Positions 37,019-46,911 are shown, counted from the stretch's first letter. The stretch is DNA of 64,000 nucleotides from Ktedonobacterales bacterium (GCA_036378295.1 DASUWS010000016.1:339-64338), one strand, 5' to 3'. Made by a program: numbers and translations. The notes: generated by a model from the letters alone, not told the origin.

Positions 37019-39334
37019 GTGGAGGCACTATCGCGGGCACAGCAGAGAGCGGCACTGAGTAGCAGAGGGGCCAGGGACATGGCAACAGCAGAACAGCATC
37101 CGTCGCCAGCATTGCTGCGACTGCGCCCGGCTGATGTCGTTCGCCTGTGCGGTCTGAATGCCGCCGCCGCCGGACTCGAGCTGGCGGACAGCCATCGTGT
37201 GATTGCCAGCCGGCGCGAAGGCAGTCGCCTGTTCGCGAGCATCGAGGCCGAGCGACGCTGGAACGTGTGGGTAGAAATCCCCGATGAGCTGGATGAGGCG
37301 CAATGGGAATGCGACTGCACCAACTCCGGCCCGCTCGCATGCGCACATGTCGCCGCGGCCCTTTCCGCGTGGATTAGCCATCCCTCCGACTTCAGCGCCA
37401 AAGCCACAGACATGGAGGCTCCGCACGACGCGACGCCCCCAGGCGCGCATCCCCAGCGTGTCCTGCCGCACGATGATGCTCCAGCACGAGAGCCTCCCAG
37501 CCAGCGGCCGGCCTCTTCCCCGACGACGCTCGCCGCGACACTGGCCCGCATGAGCGGCGCCGATCTCAGCACACTGGGTCGCCGCATCTATGGCGCCGAG
37601 CCTGATGACGACGCAGCGAGCACCCGCCAGAAGATCCTGGCCACCCTGAGCAACCCGGCAGACCTCCAGACCCTTCTGGGCAGGCTCGATAGCTCCGCCC
37701 GCATTCTTCTGATCCTCGTGGATCTGGCTGGAGGAGCGATGACTGCAGCGGACCTGGAGGCGCTCGCGGGCCGTATCGACCAGTCCATGAGCGCGGTCCA
37801 GGGCGATGTAGGCGTGCTTGAGCGCCACGCGCTGCTGTTGCCGATGCTGCCATCCAGTGTGCCGAGCGAACATGGCCGGGGAGCATCCTGGCGTCATGTC
37901 GCTGGCTGGCGCATACCCGATGAGGTGCGACAGGCATTTTCCGCGCCCCTGCCGCTAGAAGCGCTTCCCGCGACGGGTAGTGGACGCTCCGCCGCTCCCA
38001 TCGAGCCTTCTGGAGCGCCGCTGCATATGATGCGCAGCGCTCCACGAACCCTCTGCCTGGCATTGGCGCTGCTGACAGAGGCGCCCCCGCCGCTGGGCCT
38101 GCCTCGCGTCTCGCCGCCCCCCAATGATTCAGCCATGCCAGCGCGACAGAGCAGCGGCCTGCTGGCTCCCGGTGAGCCGGCGCCGGAGCGGCTGAAAGAG
38201 TTGGCGCGAGGCGCGGGACTGGACGTGGCTGCGGTACGGCTGGCTCGGAGGCTGTTGCGCCAGGCACGCGAGCAGCAGCCCGCCCCTCCGATTGGCGATC
38301 TGGCGCGGATGCCTCCTATGGAGCGCCCAGTCGTGTTGCGGGCGGCCTTCAGCCACTGGCTGCGAGCCGATTCGGCGGCTGATCTGGTGGATGTCGAATC
38401 GCCGGGGAGCGGCCTGCGCCTGCGATATGCGAAGGCGCATCCCGGCTTTCGCCCGGCGGCCATCGCCAGCGACGTGAGTGATGGGCGGCGGTTCGTGGCG
38501 CGGCTCCTCAGCCGTGCGCAGCCCGAGACGTGGTACTCGCTGGAGAGTTTCGTCGCGCTCGTGTGGCAGGTGCGCCCTGGTCTCCTGCGCGGCCAACAGC
38601 AGTCCTGGGCGACGCCCGCGTGGTGGTTGGAATCGGTCAAAGACCGGTGGGCGTTACAGCCGCACGTGCGCGACGACTGGATGGCGGGTGAAGGCGCGTT
38701 CATTCGGTCGCTGATCGCGGGCGCGTTCTCTGCGTGGGGCGCGGTTGACCTGGCCATGAGCGAGAGTGGCGCCCCTGTCGCGTTCCGTGTGACGCCGTTC
38801 GGCTTCTTCCTGCTACAGCAGCGCGAGAATCGTCCGGTGGATGCCGCGCTCGTGGCGCTGTGTGATGCCGATTGGGGTCCGCCGGTACTGCCGCTGCGTG
38901 AGGGAACGCTGGCCGTACAGCCGCTCTCCGCTGGTGCGAGCCTCCTCGACACGCTGGCACTCTGGGCAACTCCGACAGCAGTGAGTGGGAAGCGACTGGT
39001 CTACACCTTCTCGGCTGATCGCGCCTGTGCCGCGTTCGACCAGCATCTCGCCCCCGACGCACTGCCCGCGCTATTGCGCCCGCTCCATGACCGCGCCGCC
39101 GAACACGCCACCAACCAGCTTGAGCGGTGGCACGCGGCATGGGGCCAAACACGCCTCACGACCGGATTCACACTGCTTGAGGCTAGCGACGAGGCGACCC
39201 TGCTCGAAGTCCTGGCCGCCGCGCCCGAAATTGCCGGGCGATGCCGCCGGATTGGCCCCGCGCTAGCGCTGGCACTGCCCGAGGATGCGGCGATTCTCCG
39301 CACGCTGCTCGCAAAGCGCGGCTATGCCGTATAG
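37019..39334 (+). CDS. SWIM zinc-finger protein with a C-terminal helicase-associated (XPB-N-terminal-like) region
   Basis: SWIM CxCx7CxH = CDCTNSGPLACAH at nt 37310-37348, preceded by the usual beta-strands (RLFASIEAERRWNVWVEI). The C-terminal 150 aa resemble the 421-aa neighbour. Start may be ATG 37079. Confidence 0.8.
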   Translation: MEALSRAQQRAALSSRGARDMATAEQHPSPALLRLRPADVVRLCGLNAAAAGLELADSHRVIASRREGSRLFASIEAERRWNVWVEIPDELDEAQWECDCTNSGPLACAHVAAALSAWISHPSDFSAKATDMEAPHDATPPGAHPQRVLPHDDAPAREPPSQRPASSPTTLAATLARMSGADLSTLGRRIYGAEPDDDAASTRQKILATLSNPADLQTLLGRLDSSARILLILVDLAGGAMTAADLEALAGRIDQSMSAVQGDVGVLERHALLLPMLPSSVPSEHGRGASWRHVAGWRIPDEVRQAFSAPLPLEALPATGSGRSAAPIEPSGAPLHMMRSAPRTLCLALALLTEAPPPLGLPRVSPPPNDSAMPARQSSGLLAPGEPAPERLKELARGAGLDVAAVRLARRLLRQAREQQPAPPIGDLARMPPMERPVVLRAAFSHWLRADSAADLVDVESPGSGLRLRYAKAHPGFRPAAIASDVSDGRRFVARLLSRAQPETWYSLESFVALVWQVRPGLLRGQQQSWATPAWWLESVKDRWALQPHVRDDWMAGEGAFIRSLIAGAFSAWGAVDLAMSESGAPVAFRVTPFGFFLLQQRENRPVDAALVALCDADWGPPVLPLREGTLAVQPLSAGASLLDTLALWATPTAVSGKRLVYTFSADRACAAFDQHLAPDALPALLRPLHDRAAEHATNQLERWHAAWGQTRLTTGFTLLEASDEATLLEVLAAAPEIAGRCRRIGPALALALPEDAAILRTLLAKRGYAV

Positions 39335-39359
39335 TCGGCCAGGGTGAAATGAGGCGACG

Positions 39360-40625
39360 ATGACGACGAACGATGCGCTTGCCGGGAGAGACGTCGAAGC
39401 CGCCGTGGCCTTCCAGCGCGATCTGTACCTGTACTGGTGGGCCGCGCGCGATCTGGGCGAGCTTGCGCTGACTTCTCGCGGGTTCCTCGCTCGCTCGACA
39501 CTGCGGCGTCTGCGGGCGCAGTGGCCTACCTCCGATGACGATCGCTCCGAGGCCAGCAATCTCCGGCTCTACTATCTCCGCCGATTGCTGGAACGCCTGG
39601 GGCTGCTACGGCCACCATCCGAGGCGAGCGGGACATCAGCGAGCGCCAGCAATGCCAGACTGGTAGCCGCGGAGAGCGCCATCATGGCTCGCTATCTGGC
39701 GCATCCTCTGGCCGAGCGGTTGCGCATCTGCGTGCGCCTCTGGGTGGCGGGCGGGTGGTGGCCAGATGGCAAACCTGCGAGCATACCTGCCAGCCTGCAT
39801 ACGCCCGTTCAGCCGCGTATCGCGCTCGCTCGCCGCCGCCTGATCGAGATGCTGGCAGCGACCGAACCGGGATCTCCCGCCGAGATACCTGGCGTTGCCC
39901 TCGCCGCGCTCGCTCCCCATGCCCCACGCATCATCGGCGGAACGGCTGCTCGCCACAAACCTCGGGATATCGCCGAAGAACGCAATCAGTCCATGCAGGC
40001 AGCGCTGGCTGGCCCACTTCAGTGGATGGGGCTGGTAGCGAAGGCGGCACATCGCGACGAAGACGTGCCGGGTGAGCGCCGACTGGTGGTGACGCCAGCG
40101 GTGCTGGCACTGCGGCGCGAGCCGGTTGATACCCTGGTACAGGAAACGCCCGGGCGCGTCGTCATCCAGCCGAATCTGGATATCGTCGCCTATCACCCTC
40201 TGACCGCGCCGACACTCTTCACGCTCGATAGCTGCGCCAGTCGCGGGACGCTCGAACGCGTCGCCCACTATCGCCTGACGAAACACGACGTGACGCGCGC
40301 GCAACAGCACGGATGGTCTGACGAGGAGATTGCGCGAAGCCTTGAGGCGCTGTCGGGAAATCCGCTGCCGGGCAACGTGCGCGTGCGGCTGGCAGACTGG
40401 ACACGCGCGGCCAGCCGCATTCAGTTCACACCCCAGGCAACGCTTCTGACGACCGCAACGCCCGCCATACTGGACGCGCTGCAGGCCGACCGCAACGCTC
40501 GCGGCTGGGTCATACGCCGCCTGGGGCCAACCCTGGCGCTCATACAAACCAGTGAGATCGATCTGGTGCGCCGCTGGCTGCTGGCCCATGGCGAGCTTCC
40601 CGCCGTGGAGCAGGCTGGTCAGTAG
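39360..40625 (+). CDS. Helicase-associated-domain protein (XPB/Ssl2 N-terminal-like, Helicase_C_3-type) with no helicase core
   Basis: VVIQPNLDIVAYHPL...ERVAHYRLTKHDVTRAQQHGWSDEEIARSLEALSGNPLPGNVRVRLADW matches the XPB N-terminal pattern (LIVQPD...Y.IT..S...A...G.s.eeIi.fL...s..plP.nV) from memory. No Walker A/B motifs. Confidence 0.7.
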   Translation: MTTNDALAGRDVEAAVAFQRDLYLYWWAARDLGELALTSRGFLARSTLRRLRAQWPTSDDDRSEASNLRLYYLRRLLERLGLLRPPSEASGTSASASNARLVAAESAIMARYLAHPLAERLRICVRLWVAGGWWPDGKPASIPASLHTPVQPRIALARRRLIEMLAATEPGSPAEIPGVALAALAPHAPRIIGGTAARHKPRDIAEERNQSMQAALAGPLQWMGLVAKAAHRDEDVPGERRLVVTPAVLALRREPVDTLVQETPGRVVIQPNLDIVAYHPLTAPTLFTLDSCASRGTLERVAHYRLTKHDVTRAQQHGWSDEEIARSLEALSGNPLPGNVRVRLADWTRAASRIQFTPQATLLTTATPAILDALQADRNARGWVIRRLGPTLALIQTSEIDLVRRWLLAHGELPAVEQAGQ

Positions 40626-40654
40626 GGAGGTGGGTAGGGGCGCGCGCCAGCAGC

Positions 40655-42238
40655 CTACACAGGAGGATTGCTACTCGGCTCCAGCACGTAGAGCGCGCCT
40701 CCATGCTCGAAGGTTGCTACCCGCGAGTAGCGCGCGGCGACCCACGCCCGGAAGCCGTGGAGCAAGTCGAAGCGGCCACTGGCGAAGAGGATGACATGCA
40801 CACGATTGTGGGTGATGTAGTCTTCCAGTTGCGTCGTCGTCAGGTAGCCGCTGGTGATACGCACGGCGGAGGTATCGACGAAAGGCGGCGGCACATCCCG
40901 ATTGGCAAGTGCCGCGAGATACTGGTCATCCGTGAGGACGATCTCCTGGGGCGCGCTGACGCCCTGCAACGCAAGCGCCATCTTCAGCGTGCGTACAGGG
41001 ATCGGCGCATTGGCCGCGGCGTTTTGCTTCCAGTTGAGGATCAGCCCAGCCCCCGCGACCAGCACCAGCGCGAGTGCGACGGCCACCTGGGCGAGCCGCT
41101 TATCTGACATCGCGAGTACCGACGACACGGCGCACGCGCCACAGCCAGCTACCAATGCGAGCGACGGGCTGAGCAGTATGACATGATGCGCGAACAGCGG
41201 TTGCTGGCGGACCAGAACGACAAACGAAGCCAGCGTCCAGAGCAACAGCGGCAGGCTCACCCACATGCGCCGCCACACCACCACGACAGTTGCCAGCGCT
41301 CCGGCATAAATCAGCGGTGCGGCGACCAGGGTCTGCGCGATGAACTGGACGTTGTACCGTAGCGAATGTGTGTCGGCACGGGCAGCGGCGAGGTGGAAGC
41401 GCACCACTTGATCATAGACCGCGCCCAGTTGGCCGACAAACGGCAACAAGACGAGAACGATAACGCCGAACATGCCCGCGAACATCAGGCCGAGCCCCGG
41501 CGCGATCTGGCGCAGGCCGTCCTGAATCTCTGGCCATGCCGGTTGCCTGAGCTTACCATCTGGAGCGAGCCAGCGTTGTGCCAGCGGTAAGGTGAGATAC
41601 AGTACGACCGGTAGTAGCGCTGCGACGGCAAAGAGCTTCACCATCAGCGCGGCGCCCAGCAGCGCGCCCGCCCCCGCCGCAAGCCAGCCCCTCCGTCGCC
41701 CGGAGGCTCGCATCGCCTGCACAGCGCAAGCCACAGCACAGAGTTGCAGCGCGACCGATGGCAATTCCGCCTGCAGGGTATGCGCGCCGTGTTCATACAG
41801 GGGATCGAGCGCAAGCAAGAGCGCTGCCACCGCCCCAATCAGACGATGCCCCAGCGCCCGCCCGGCCACATACGCGCCCGCTATCCCCACCAGCGAGAAG
41901 CAGAGCAGCGCAAGCCGCGCGGCCTCTAGGCTCTGGCCAAAGAGCATATAGAAGGGGTAGATGCTGAGCAGGAAGAGCGGCGGCTGCGAGCTAAATACCT
42001 CGCTAAACAGGGGATGTCCGTTCGCCATAGCGCGTAACGACTGCCAGTAGACGCCCTCATCGTACTCGCCGCCACCTTGCCCTTGCAGCGTTTGCAGCGC
42101 CAGCACCAGCGCAACTCCGCAGGCGCCCAGCGCAATCCATCCCGCCGGGGAGATCCGTCCGATCCACCCGGCGAGAGACGTCGTGTGGCGGGTGCGCCGT
42201 GGCGACCGCCTTCGTGTACGCGCCGTGCGTGACGCCAC
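40655..42238 (-). CDS. ArnT/PMT-like (GT39/GT83-type) polytopic glycosyltransferase
   Basis: GTG 42238 lies 8 nt after AGGAGG. GEYDEGVYWQSLRAMANGHPLF loop after TM1 is typical of dolichyl/undecaprenyl-phosphate-sugar transferases. About 12 TM segments. Confidence 0.75.
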   Translation of the reverse strand: MASRTARTRRRSPRRTRHTTSLAGWIGRISPAGWIALGACGVALVLALQTLQGQGGGEYDEGVYWQSLRAMANGHPLFSEVFSSQPPLFLLSIYPFYMLFGQSLEAARLALLCFSLVGIAGAYVAGRALGHRLIGAVAALLLALDPLYEHGAHTLQAELPSVALQLCAVACAVQAMRASGRRRGWLAAGAGALLGAALMVKLFAVAALLPVVLYLTLPLAQRWLAPDGKLRQPAWPEIQDGLRQIAPGLGLMFAGMFGVIVLVLLPFVGQLGAVYDQVVRFHLAAARADTHSLRYNVQFIAQTLVAAPLIYAGALATVVVVWRRMWVSLPLLLWTLASFVVLVRQQPLFAHHVILLSPSLALVAGCGACAVSSVLAMSDKRLAQVAVALALVLVAGAGLILNWKQNAAANAPIPVRTLKMALALQGVSAPQEIVLTDDQYLAALANRDVPPPFVDTSAVRITSGYLTTTQLEDYITHNRVHVILFASGRFDLLHGFRAWVAARYSRVATFEHGGALYVLEPSSNPPV

Positions 42239-42362
42239 GATCTGTTTCCTCCTGCGCTGAGAATAGCCCACCCTGCTCCATGTATGCCCCGCGTCGCATG
42301 CGCATGCGCTGATTATAGCCGCTGTGGCGGGCACGAGCGCTATCGGGAGGACGGTAATTCCG

Positions 42363-43469
42363 CTAGCTAACCTTGCCAAACTCCAGCACGAGCAGGTCAA
42401 GCGCTAGCTCCGGGGTCATACGACTGCGCTTGAGCGACGTGTCGATCTCTAGTAGACCCCGATGCGCGGCTTCGAGCTGCGCGAAGGTGAACCGGCGAGT
42501 CAGCCGTAGCGACTTCTCGACGACGAACGGCGCGAGACCCGCCGCCGAGGCAATCTGGTAGGCAGGCATACCGCGATCTGAGAGCAGCTTCACCTGCATC
42601 AGCGAGCGTGTCTGAAACGCCGTCAGCGCGACGATGCCCAGCGGCGACTCGCCATTCGCCAGCAATTCATGGAGCAGCCTCAGCGCGGTTGCGGTATCGC
42701 GGCGAGCCAGCGCATCGGTCAGATCGAAGACCTTCGACTGCCTGGCGACAGGGGTGAGCGCCCGAACATCCTCGGCGCGAATCTCGCCTCCCTCGCCAAC
42801 ATACGTGCTGAGTTTATCAACCTCACTCGCCAGCATCCGCAGATCATCGCCGAGCGATTCCACCAGCATGCGCGCGGCATCTTGCGAAAGGCGGCGATTC
42901 TGCGTCCGCGCCCGCCGTATTACCCACTCTTCCAGCTTCGCGCCCTGAGGCTTACTGAAGACATGGGACGTGCCATAGCGGCGCGCCGCCTGCATCAATG
43001 GGTGATCCGCCTTCAACTCGTCGGGCACGAACACGACCAGGATCGTCGTCTCCGGCAGCCTGGCAACATACTCGGCCAGCCACTTCGCGAACGCCAGAGG
43101 ACTTAACCCCGCCGTTGCCGCTTTCTTGCCGCGCCGGCCTCTCCCGGCGGTCGCTACTGGCGCATCTGAAGCGTCCGGATGCTCTTCAGCGTCCTCCTCG
43201 CTGTCGTTGCCGTCCTCGGTATCGGCGTCGTCAGCATCGCTGTCCTTGCCCTTACCTTTGCGCTTCGCTGGCTTCGGCAGACCTTCGAGCACGACCAGGC
43301 GCTTCTCGGCCAGAAATGGCATCGTGTCGCAGGTATTGCGAATCACCGCGAGATCAGCATCCTCACCCGCGAAGGCATCCTGATTATAGCCGAAGTCCTC
43401 CGACGCGCGGATGCGCGCCAGCTCCTCATTGGCCGAAAACTCGTCTTTGCCCGAAAGCAGAATAAACAT
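42363..43469 (-). CDS. holA: DNA polymerase III delta subunit (HolA) with a charged low-complexity insertion
   Basis: N-terminus FILLSGKDEFSANEELARI and PFLAEKRLVVLEG. The C-terminal helical domains fit HolA. Confidence 0.8.
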   Translation of the reverse strand: MFILLSGKDEFSANEELARIRASEDFGYNQDAFAGEDADLAVIRNTCDTMPFLAEKRLVVLEGLPKPAKRKGKGKDSDADDADTEDGNDSEEDAEEHPDASDAPVATAGRGRRGKKAATAGLSPLAFAKWLAEYVARLPETTILVVFVPDELKADHPLMQAARRYGTSHVFSKPQGAKLEEWVIRRARTQNRRLSQDAARMLVESLGDDLRMLASEVDKLSTYVGEGGEIRAEDVRALTPVARQSKVFDLTDALARRDTATALRLLHELLANGESPLGIVALTAFQTRSLMQVKLLSDRGMPAYQIASAAGLAPFVVEKSLRLTRRFTFAQLEAAHRGLLEIDTSLKRSRMTPELALDLLVLEFGKVS

Positions 43470-43608
43470 ACATCCATTCTATGCCGGAGTCAGGCAAGCC
43501 GCAACCTGTGCTATCATACCCTGACTGAGAACGATAGGATCAGCCGGGGCAACCTGTTCGGTGCCACCGATACAGGCAAAGCGCAAATGCGAGACATGGG
43601 GAGATGCG

Positions 43609-44241
43609 ATGAATCTGCCGTCCTGGCTGGCGCAGGGCATAGATACATACGGATACTGGGTGGTGTTCCTGGCTGTTGCTGTCGAGAGCATGGGAGTACC
43701 GTTTCCCGGCGAGACAGCGCTTGTCACGGCGGCCGTCTACGCTGGCACCCAGCACACCCTGAGCATCCCTCTGGTGATCGCAGCGGCGGCGGCGGCGGCC
43801 ATCATAGGCGACAACATAGGCTACACCCTGGGCAAGTATGGTGGCTATCCTCTGCTTCAGCGGCTCCTGCGCCTGCTCCACATCGGCGAGAACAAACTGG
43901 TCTACACCCAGCGATTCTTCGAGAAACACGGCGACAAGACGGTATTCTTTGGGCGATTCCTCGCTATCCTGCGTACCTGGGCAGCATTTTTGGCGGGCGC
44001 GAACCATATGCGACGGCGGACCTTCTTCGTCTGGAATGCGTCGGGCGGCATCATCTGGGCGACCATCTACGGTCTGCTCGGCTTCTTCCTCGGCAACAAT
44101 CTGCCGCTGCTGGAACGTATTCTGAAGGATCTTGGGATCTTCGGATTCGTCACCCTCGGCGTGGTCATCGCGGCGGGTGTTGGTCTCTGGATCCTCAGAC
44201 GGCGACGACAACACGCCGCATTGCGCCGGGCAGAAGGATAG
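43609..44241 (+). CDS. DedA-family membrane protein
   Basis: ATG 43609 after GGGGAG. VESMGVPFPGETALV and FFGRFLAILR motifs. Confidence 0.85.
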   Translation: MNLPSWLAQGIDTYGYWVVFLAVAVESMGVPFPGETALVTAAVYAGTQHTLSIPLVIAAAAAAAIIGDNIGYTLGKYGGYPLLQRLLRLLHIGENKLVYTQRFFEKHGDKTVFFGRFLAILRTWAAFLAGANHMRRRTFFVWNASGGIIWATIYGLLGFFLGNNLPLLERILKDLGIFGFVTLGVVIAAGVGLWILRRRRQHAALRRAEG

Positions 44242-44311
44242 CGCGCGGTATCCCTCGTCCGCGATCTCGCCTCTCTGCGGGTTGTCGGAGGAGCTGCCGG
44301 CTGGTTTGCCA

Positions 44312-45208
44312 TCACCGCTCTGGGAGCGTTTCTCCCGTCAGCCATTCGTATGCCTCACGGTACCGGCTCGCCGTGCCCGCTACCACGTCGTCGGGGAGTA
44401 TCGGCGCGGGGGGCTGCTTGTTCCAACCGGAACGCTCAAGCCAGTCGCGCACGTATTGTTTATCGAAGCTGGGAGGCGAGCCACCTGGCGCGTACTCGCC
44501 AACAGCCCAGAAGCGCGACGAGTCTGGTGTCAGCAGCTCATCGATCAGGACAAGCTGGTCATCGAGCAGGCCAAACTCCATTTTGGTATCGGCGATGATG
44601 ATGCCACGATCCAGCGCGTAGCTCTCCGCCGCGCGGTAGAGAGCGATACTGACATCAGCAATCGCCTGGCCCAGATCTTCGCCGACACTGTTCTTCATCT
44701 CATCGAGCGAGATATTGATATCGTGCCCGGATTCCGCTTTCGTAGCGGGCGTGAAGATCGGCTCGGGGAGTTGATCGGCCTGGCGTAGCCCCTTGGGCAG
44801 CTTCACGCCACAGACCGATCCGGTCCGCTGGTAGTCCGCCCAGCCACTCCCGGCCAGATACCCGCGCACCACACATTCGAAGTCCAGCCGCTTTGCCTTG
44901 CGCACCAGCATAAAGCGGTCCGCCAGCATCTCTGCCGAGGCGCTGAGCGATTCGGGCAGGTCGGCTGTCTCGACGCTGATGAGGTGATTCGGGATGATCT
45001 CGCGCGTGCGCCCAAACCAGAATGCCGAGAGCAGCGTCAGCACCCGCCCCTTGTCCGGAATGCCGTTTGGCAGGATCGCATCAAAGGCAGAGATGCGGTC
45101 AGTCGCAACCATCAGCAGGCGGTCGCCCAGGTCATAGGTATCGCGCACCTTGCCGCGCCCAAACAGCGGCAGTGGGAGATTGGTCTCAAGCACGACCTCT
45201 TGCGGCAT
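44312..45208 (-). CDS. purC: Phosphoribosylaminoimidazole-succinocarboxamide synthase PurC
   Basis: GKVRDTYDLGDRLLMVATDRISAFD and ADTKMEFG blocks. Confidence 0.95.
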   Translation of the reverse strand: MPQEVVLETNLPLPLFGRGKVRDTYDLGDRLLMVATDRISAFDAILPNGIPDKGRVLTLLSAFWFGRTREIIPNHLISVETADLPESLSASAEMLADRFMLVRKAKRLDFECVVRGYLAGSGWADYQRTGSVCGVKLPKGLRQADQLPEPIFTPATKAESGHDINISLDEMKNSVGEDLGQAIADVSIALYRAAESYALDRGIIIADTKMEFGLLDDQLVLIDELLTPDSSRFWAVGEYAPGGSPPSFDKQYVRDWLERSGWNKQPPAPILPDDVVAGTASRYREAYEWLTGETLPER

Positions 45209-45429
45209 CGGTGTTGCACTCCTGTGTATCGCCAGTATCTATCATCTGTCGCGGTACGTCTGGCCGCGTAGGGCGCCAGAACGCGTGGGAGCAGCCAGCA
45301 GTATCGTACCACAGGCGAAAGGGTGAGCGGCCAGCGGAGCAGCCAAACGTCAATCCACAGCCAGACGGATGACACCAGGTGATAAGATCAAAGGGTGCGT
45401 TCGAGAACTGGCGAGTGAGAGGGTAGCGC

Positions 45430-46392
45430 ATGGCATCGGCGACATCGGGAGTTGCTGGCTCCGCGTCCACATCGCGGCGGGCGGCATTCGGCTCGCTGGT
45501 GCTGGCGAACGTGCTCTGGGCAGGCACCTATGCCGTCGGCAAGATCGCGTTGGCAGAGATTCCGCCCATCGAGTTGAACGCCATGCGGTTCATACTGGCT
45601 TCGCTTCTGCTCGTCCCAGTGCTGATTCATTATCGCAAGCAAATCCCCCGCGATGGCCGGACGCTCCTGCTGCTCTTGCAGTTGACGCTGCTCGGCTTCG
45701 TGCTGAACAAGGCGGCGGAATACGTCGGGCTGGCGCTCTCTACTGCGTCGGATGTTGCCCTGTTGATCGCCACCGAATCTATATTCACAGGGATGCTCTC
45801 ATGGCTGTTCCTGCGCGAGCGTGTGACGCGGACGGGGGTCATGGCGCTCGCCATTGGGCTGCTTGGCGTCTATCTGATCGTCGAGCGCGGGCTGATTCCC
45901 AACCTGGGCTCCGGCAACGACTCGCGCATTCTTGGCGACGTGCTGGTGGTCGTATCACTGCTGCTGGAAGCTGGCTATACCGTGCGCGGCAAGACCACGT
46001 TGACCACGCTGCCGCCGTTGCTTTTCACCGCGCTCACCATCACCGGAAGTCTGTTCTTCTGGGTGCCAGCGGGCGCTCTCGCCGTGCTGCACGATGGCTT
46101 GCCTCATGTCTCGCTCGGCGGATGGCTCTCGGTGTTCTATCTGGCGGCCATCACGACAGTGGTCAGCTACTGGCTCTGGTTCCGGGGTCTGAGTGTGCTG
46201 GATGCATCGCTGGCCGCGCCCATTCTCTTCATCCAGCCGCTGCTTGGGGCGGCACTGGCTATCGTAATCCTGCACGACGCGCTTACGCTGGCCACCATAG
46301 CGGGCGCCACCTGCATCGTCGCCAGTTTGCTGCTCGTAGTGCGTAGTGGCAGGCGCGAGGCGTCGCATACTCTGGATGAGTCCGTGCCATGA
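45430..46392 (+). CDS. EamA/DMT-family transporter
   Basis: 10 TM segments in two EamA halves (LANVLWAGTYAVGK..., SYWLWFRGL). Confidence 0.85.
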   Translation: MASATSGVAGSASTSRRAAFGSLVLANVLWAGTYAVGKIALAEIPPIELNAMRFILASLLLVPVLIHYRKQIPRDGRTLLLLLQLTLLGFVLNKAAEYVGLALSTASDVALLIATESIFTGMLSWLFLRERVTRTGVMALAIGLLGVYLIVERGLIPNLGSGNDSRILGDVLVVVSLLLEAGYTVRGKTTLTTLPPLLFTALTITGSLFFWVPAGALAVLHDGLPHVSLGGWLSVFYLAAITTVVSYWLWFRGLSVLDASLAAPILFIQPLLGAALAIVILHDALTLATIAGATCIVASLLLVVRSGRREASHTLDESVP

Positions 46393-46488
46393 GCGATACA
46401 TACCCTACACACGCCCTGAATCAACGCGCGAGCCACCAGGCAGGATGTCTTCTGTGACCGGGATCGCGGCCCACCATTCCGCGAGAGG

Positions 46489-46791
46489 ATGCCGATGTTT
46501 ACAGCCATGGGGCGGGTGACGCTCCACCTTCCGAGCAGCGCCTCGCTCAAGGATAAGCGGCAAGTGGTGCGCTCTGTGCTGGCCCGCCTGCGCAACGAGT
46601 TTGGCGTTGCCGCCGCCGAGGTGGACCGCCAGGATACCTGGCAGATTGCCGTGCTGGGGATGGCGTATGTGAGCGCCGACGCCAGCCATGCCGAGGAAGT
46701 ACTCGACCATGCCGTGCGCTACATCGAGGAGTCGCGGCCTGATCTCGCCGTCACTGACATACTGGTGGAAGTGCTACCGTTTGGCGACTGA
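46489..46791 (+). CDS. DUF503 (YlxP-like) protein
   Basis: LHLPSSASLKDKRQVVRSVLARLRNEFGVAAAEVDRQD is the DUF503 hallmark. Confidence 0.8.
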   Translation: MPMFTAMGRVTLHLPSSASLKDKRQVVRSVLARLRNEFGVAAAEVDRQDTWQIAVLGMAYVSADASHAEEVLDHAVRYIEESRPDLAVTDILVEVLPFGD

Positions 46792-46881
46792 ACCCGTCTT
46801 CAGGAGTGTGCATGCCAGGTACATCTGCCCTGATGAGGCGACGCGGACCGGAATCTGAGTGTGCTCAAGAGTCATTCCCGG

Positions 46882-46911
46882 TTGCGCACCCTGAAGTAGC
46901 CGTGTTATACT
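46882..46911 (+). promoter_or_regulatory. Candidate promoter TTGCGC-18 nt-(TGT)TATACT for rplS
   Basis: Read directly, 45 nt upstream of ATG 46956. Confidence 0.4.

Noticed and set aside
45209-45429. ZTP/pfl or purine riboswitch upstream of purC (also checked upstream of purL, 26493-26700).
   Set aside because: There is no GACUGGCG ... CCGCCUGGGC pairing partners and no purine-riboswitch three-way-junction motifs. Only generic GC-rich sequence is present.
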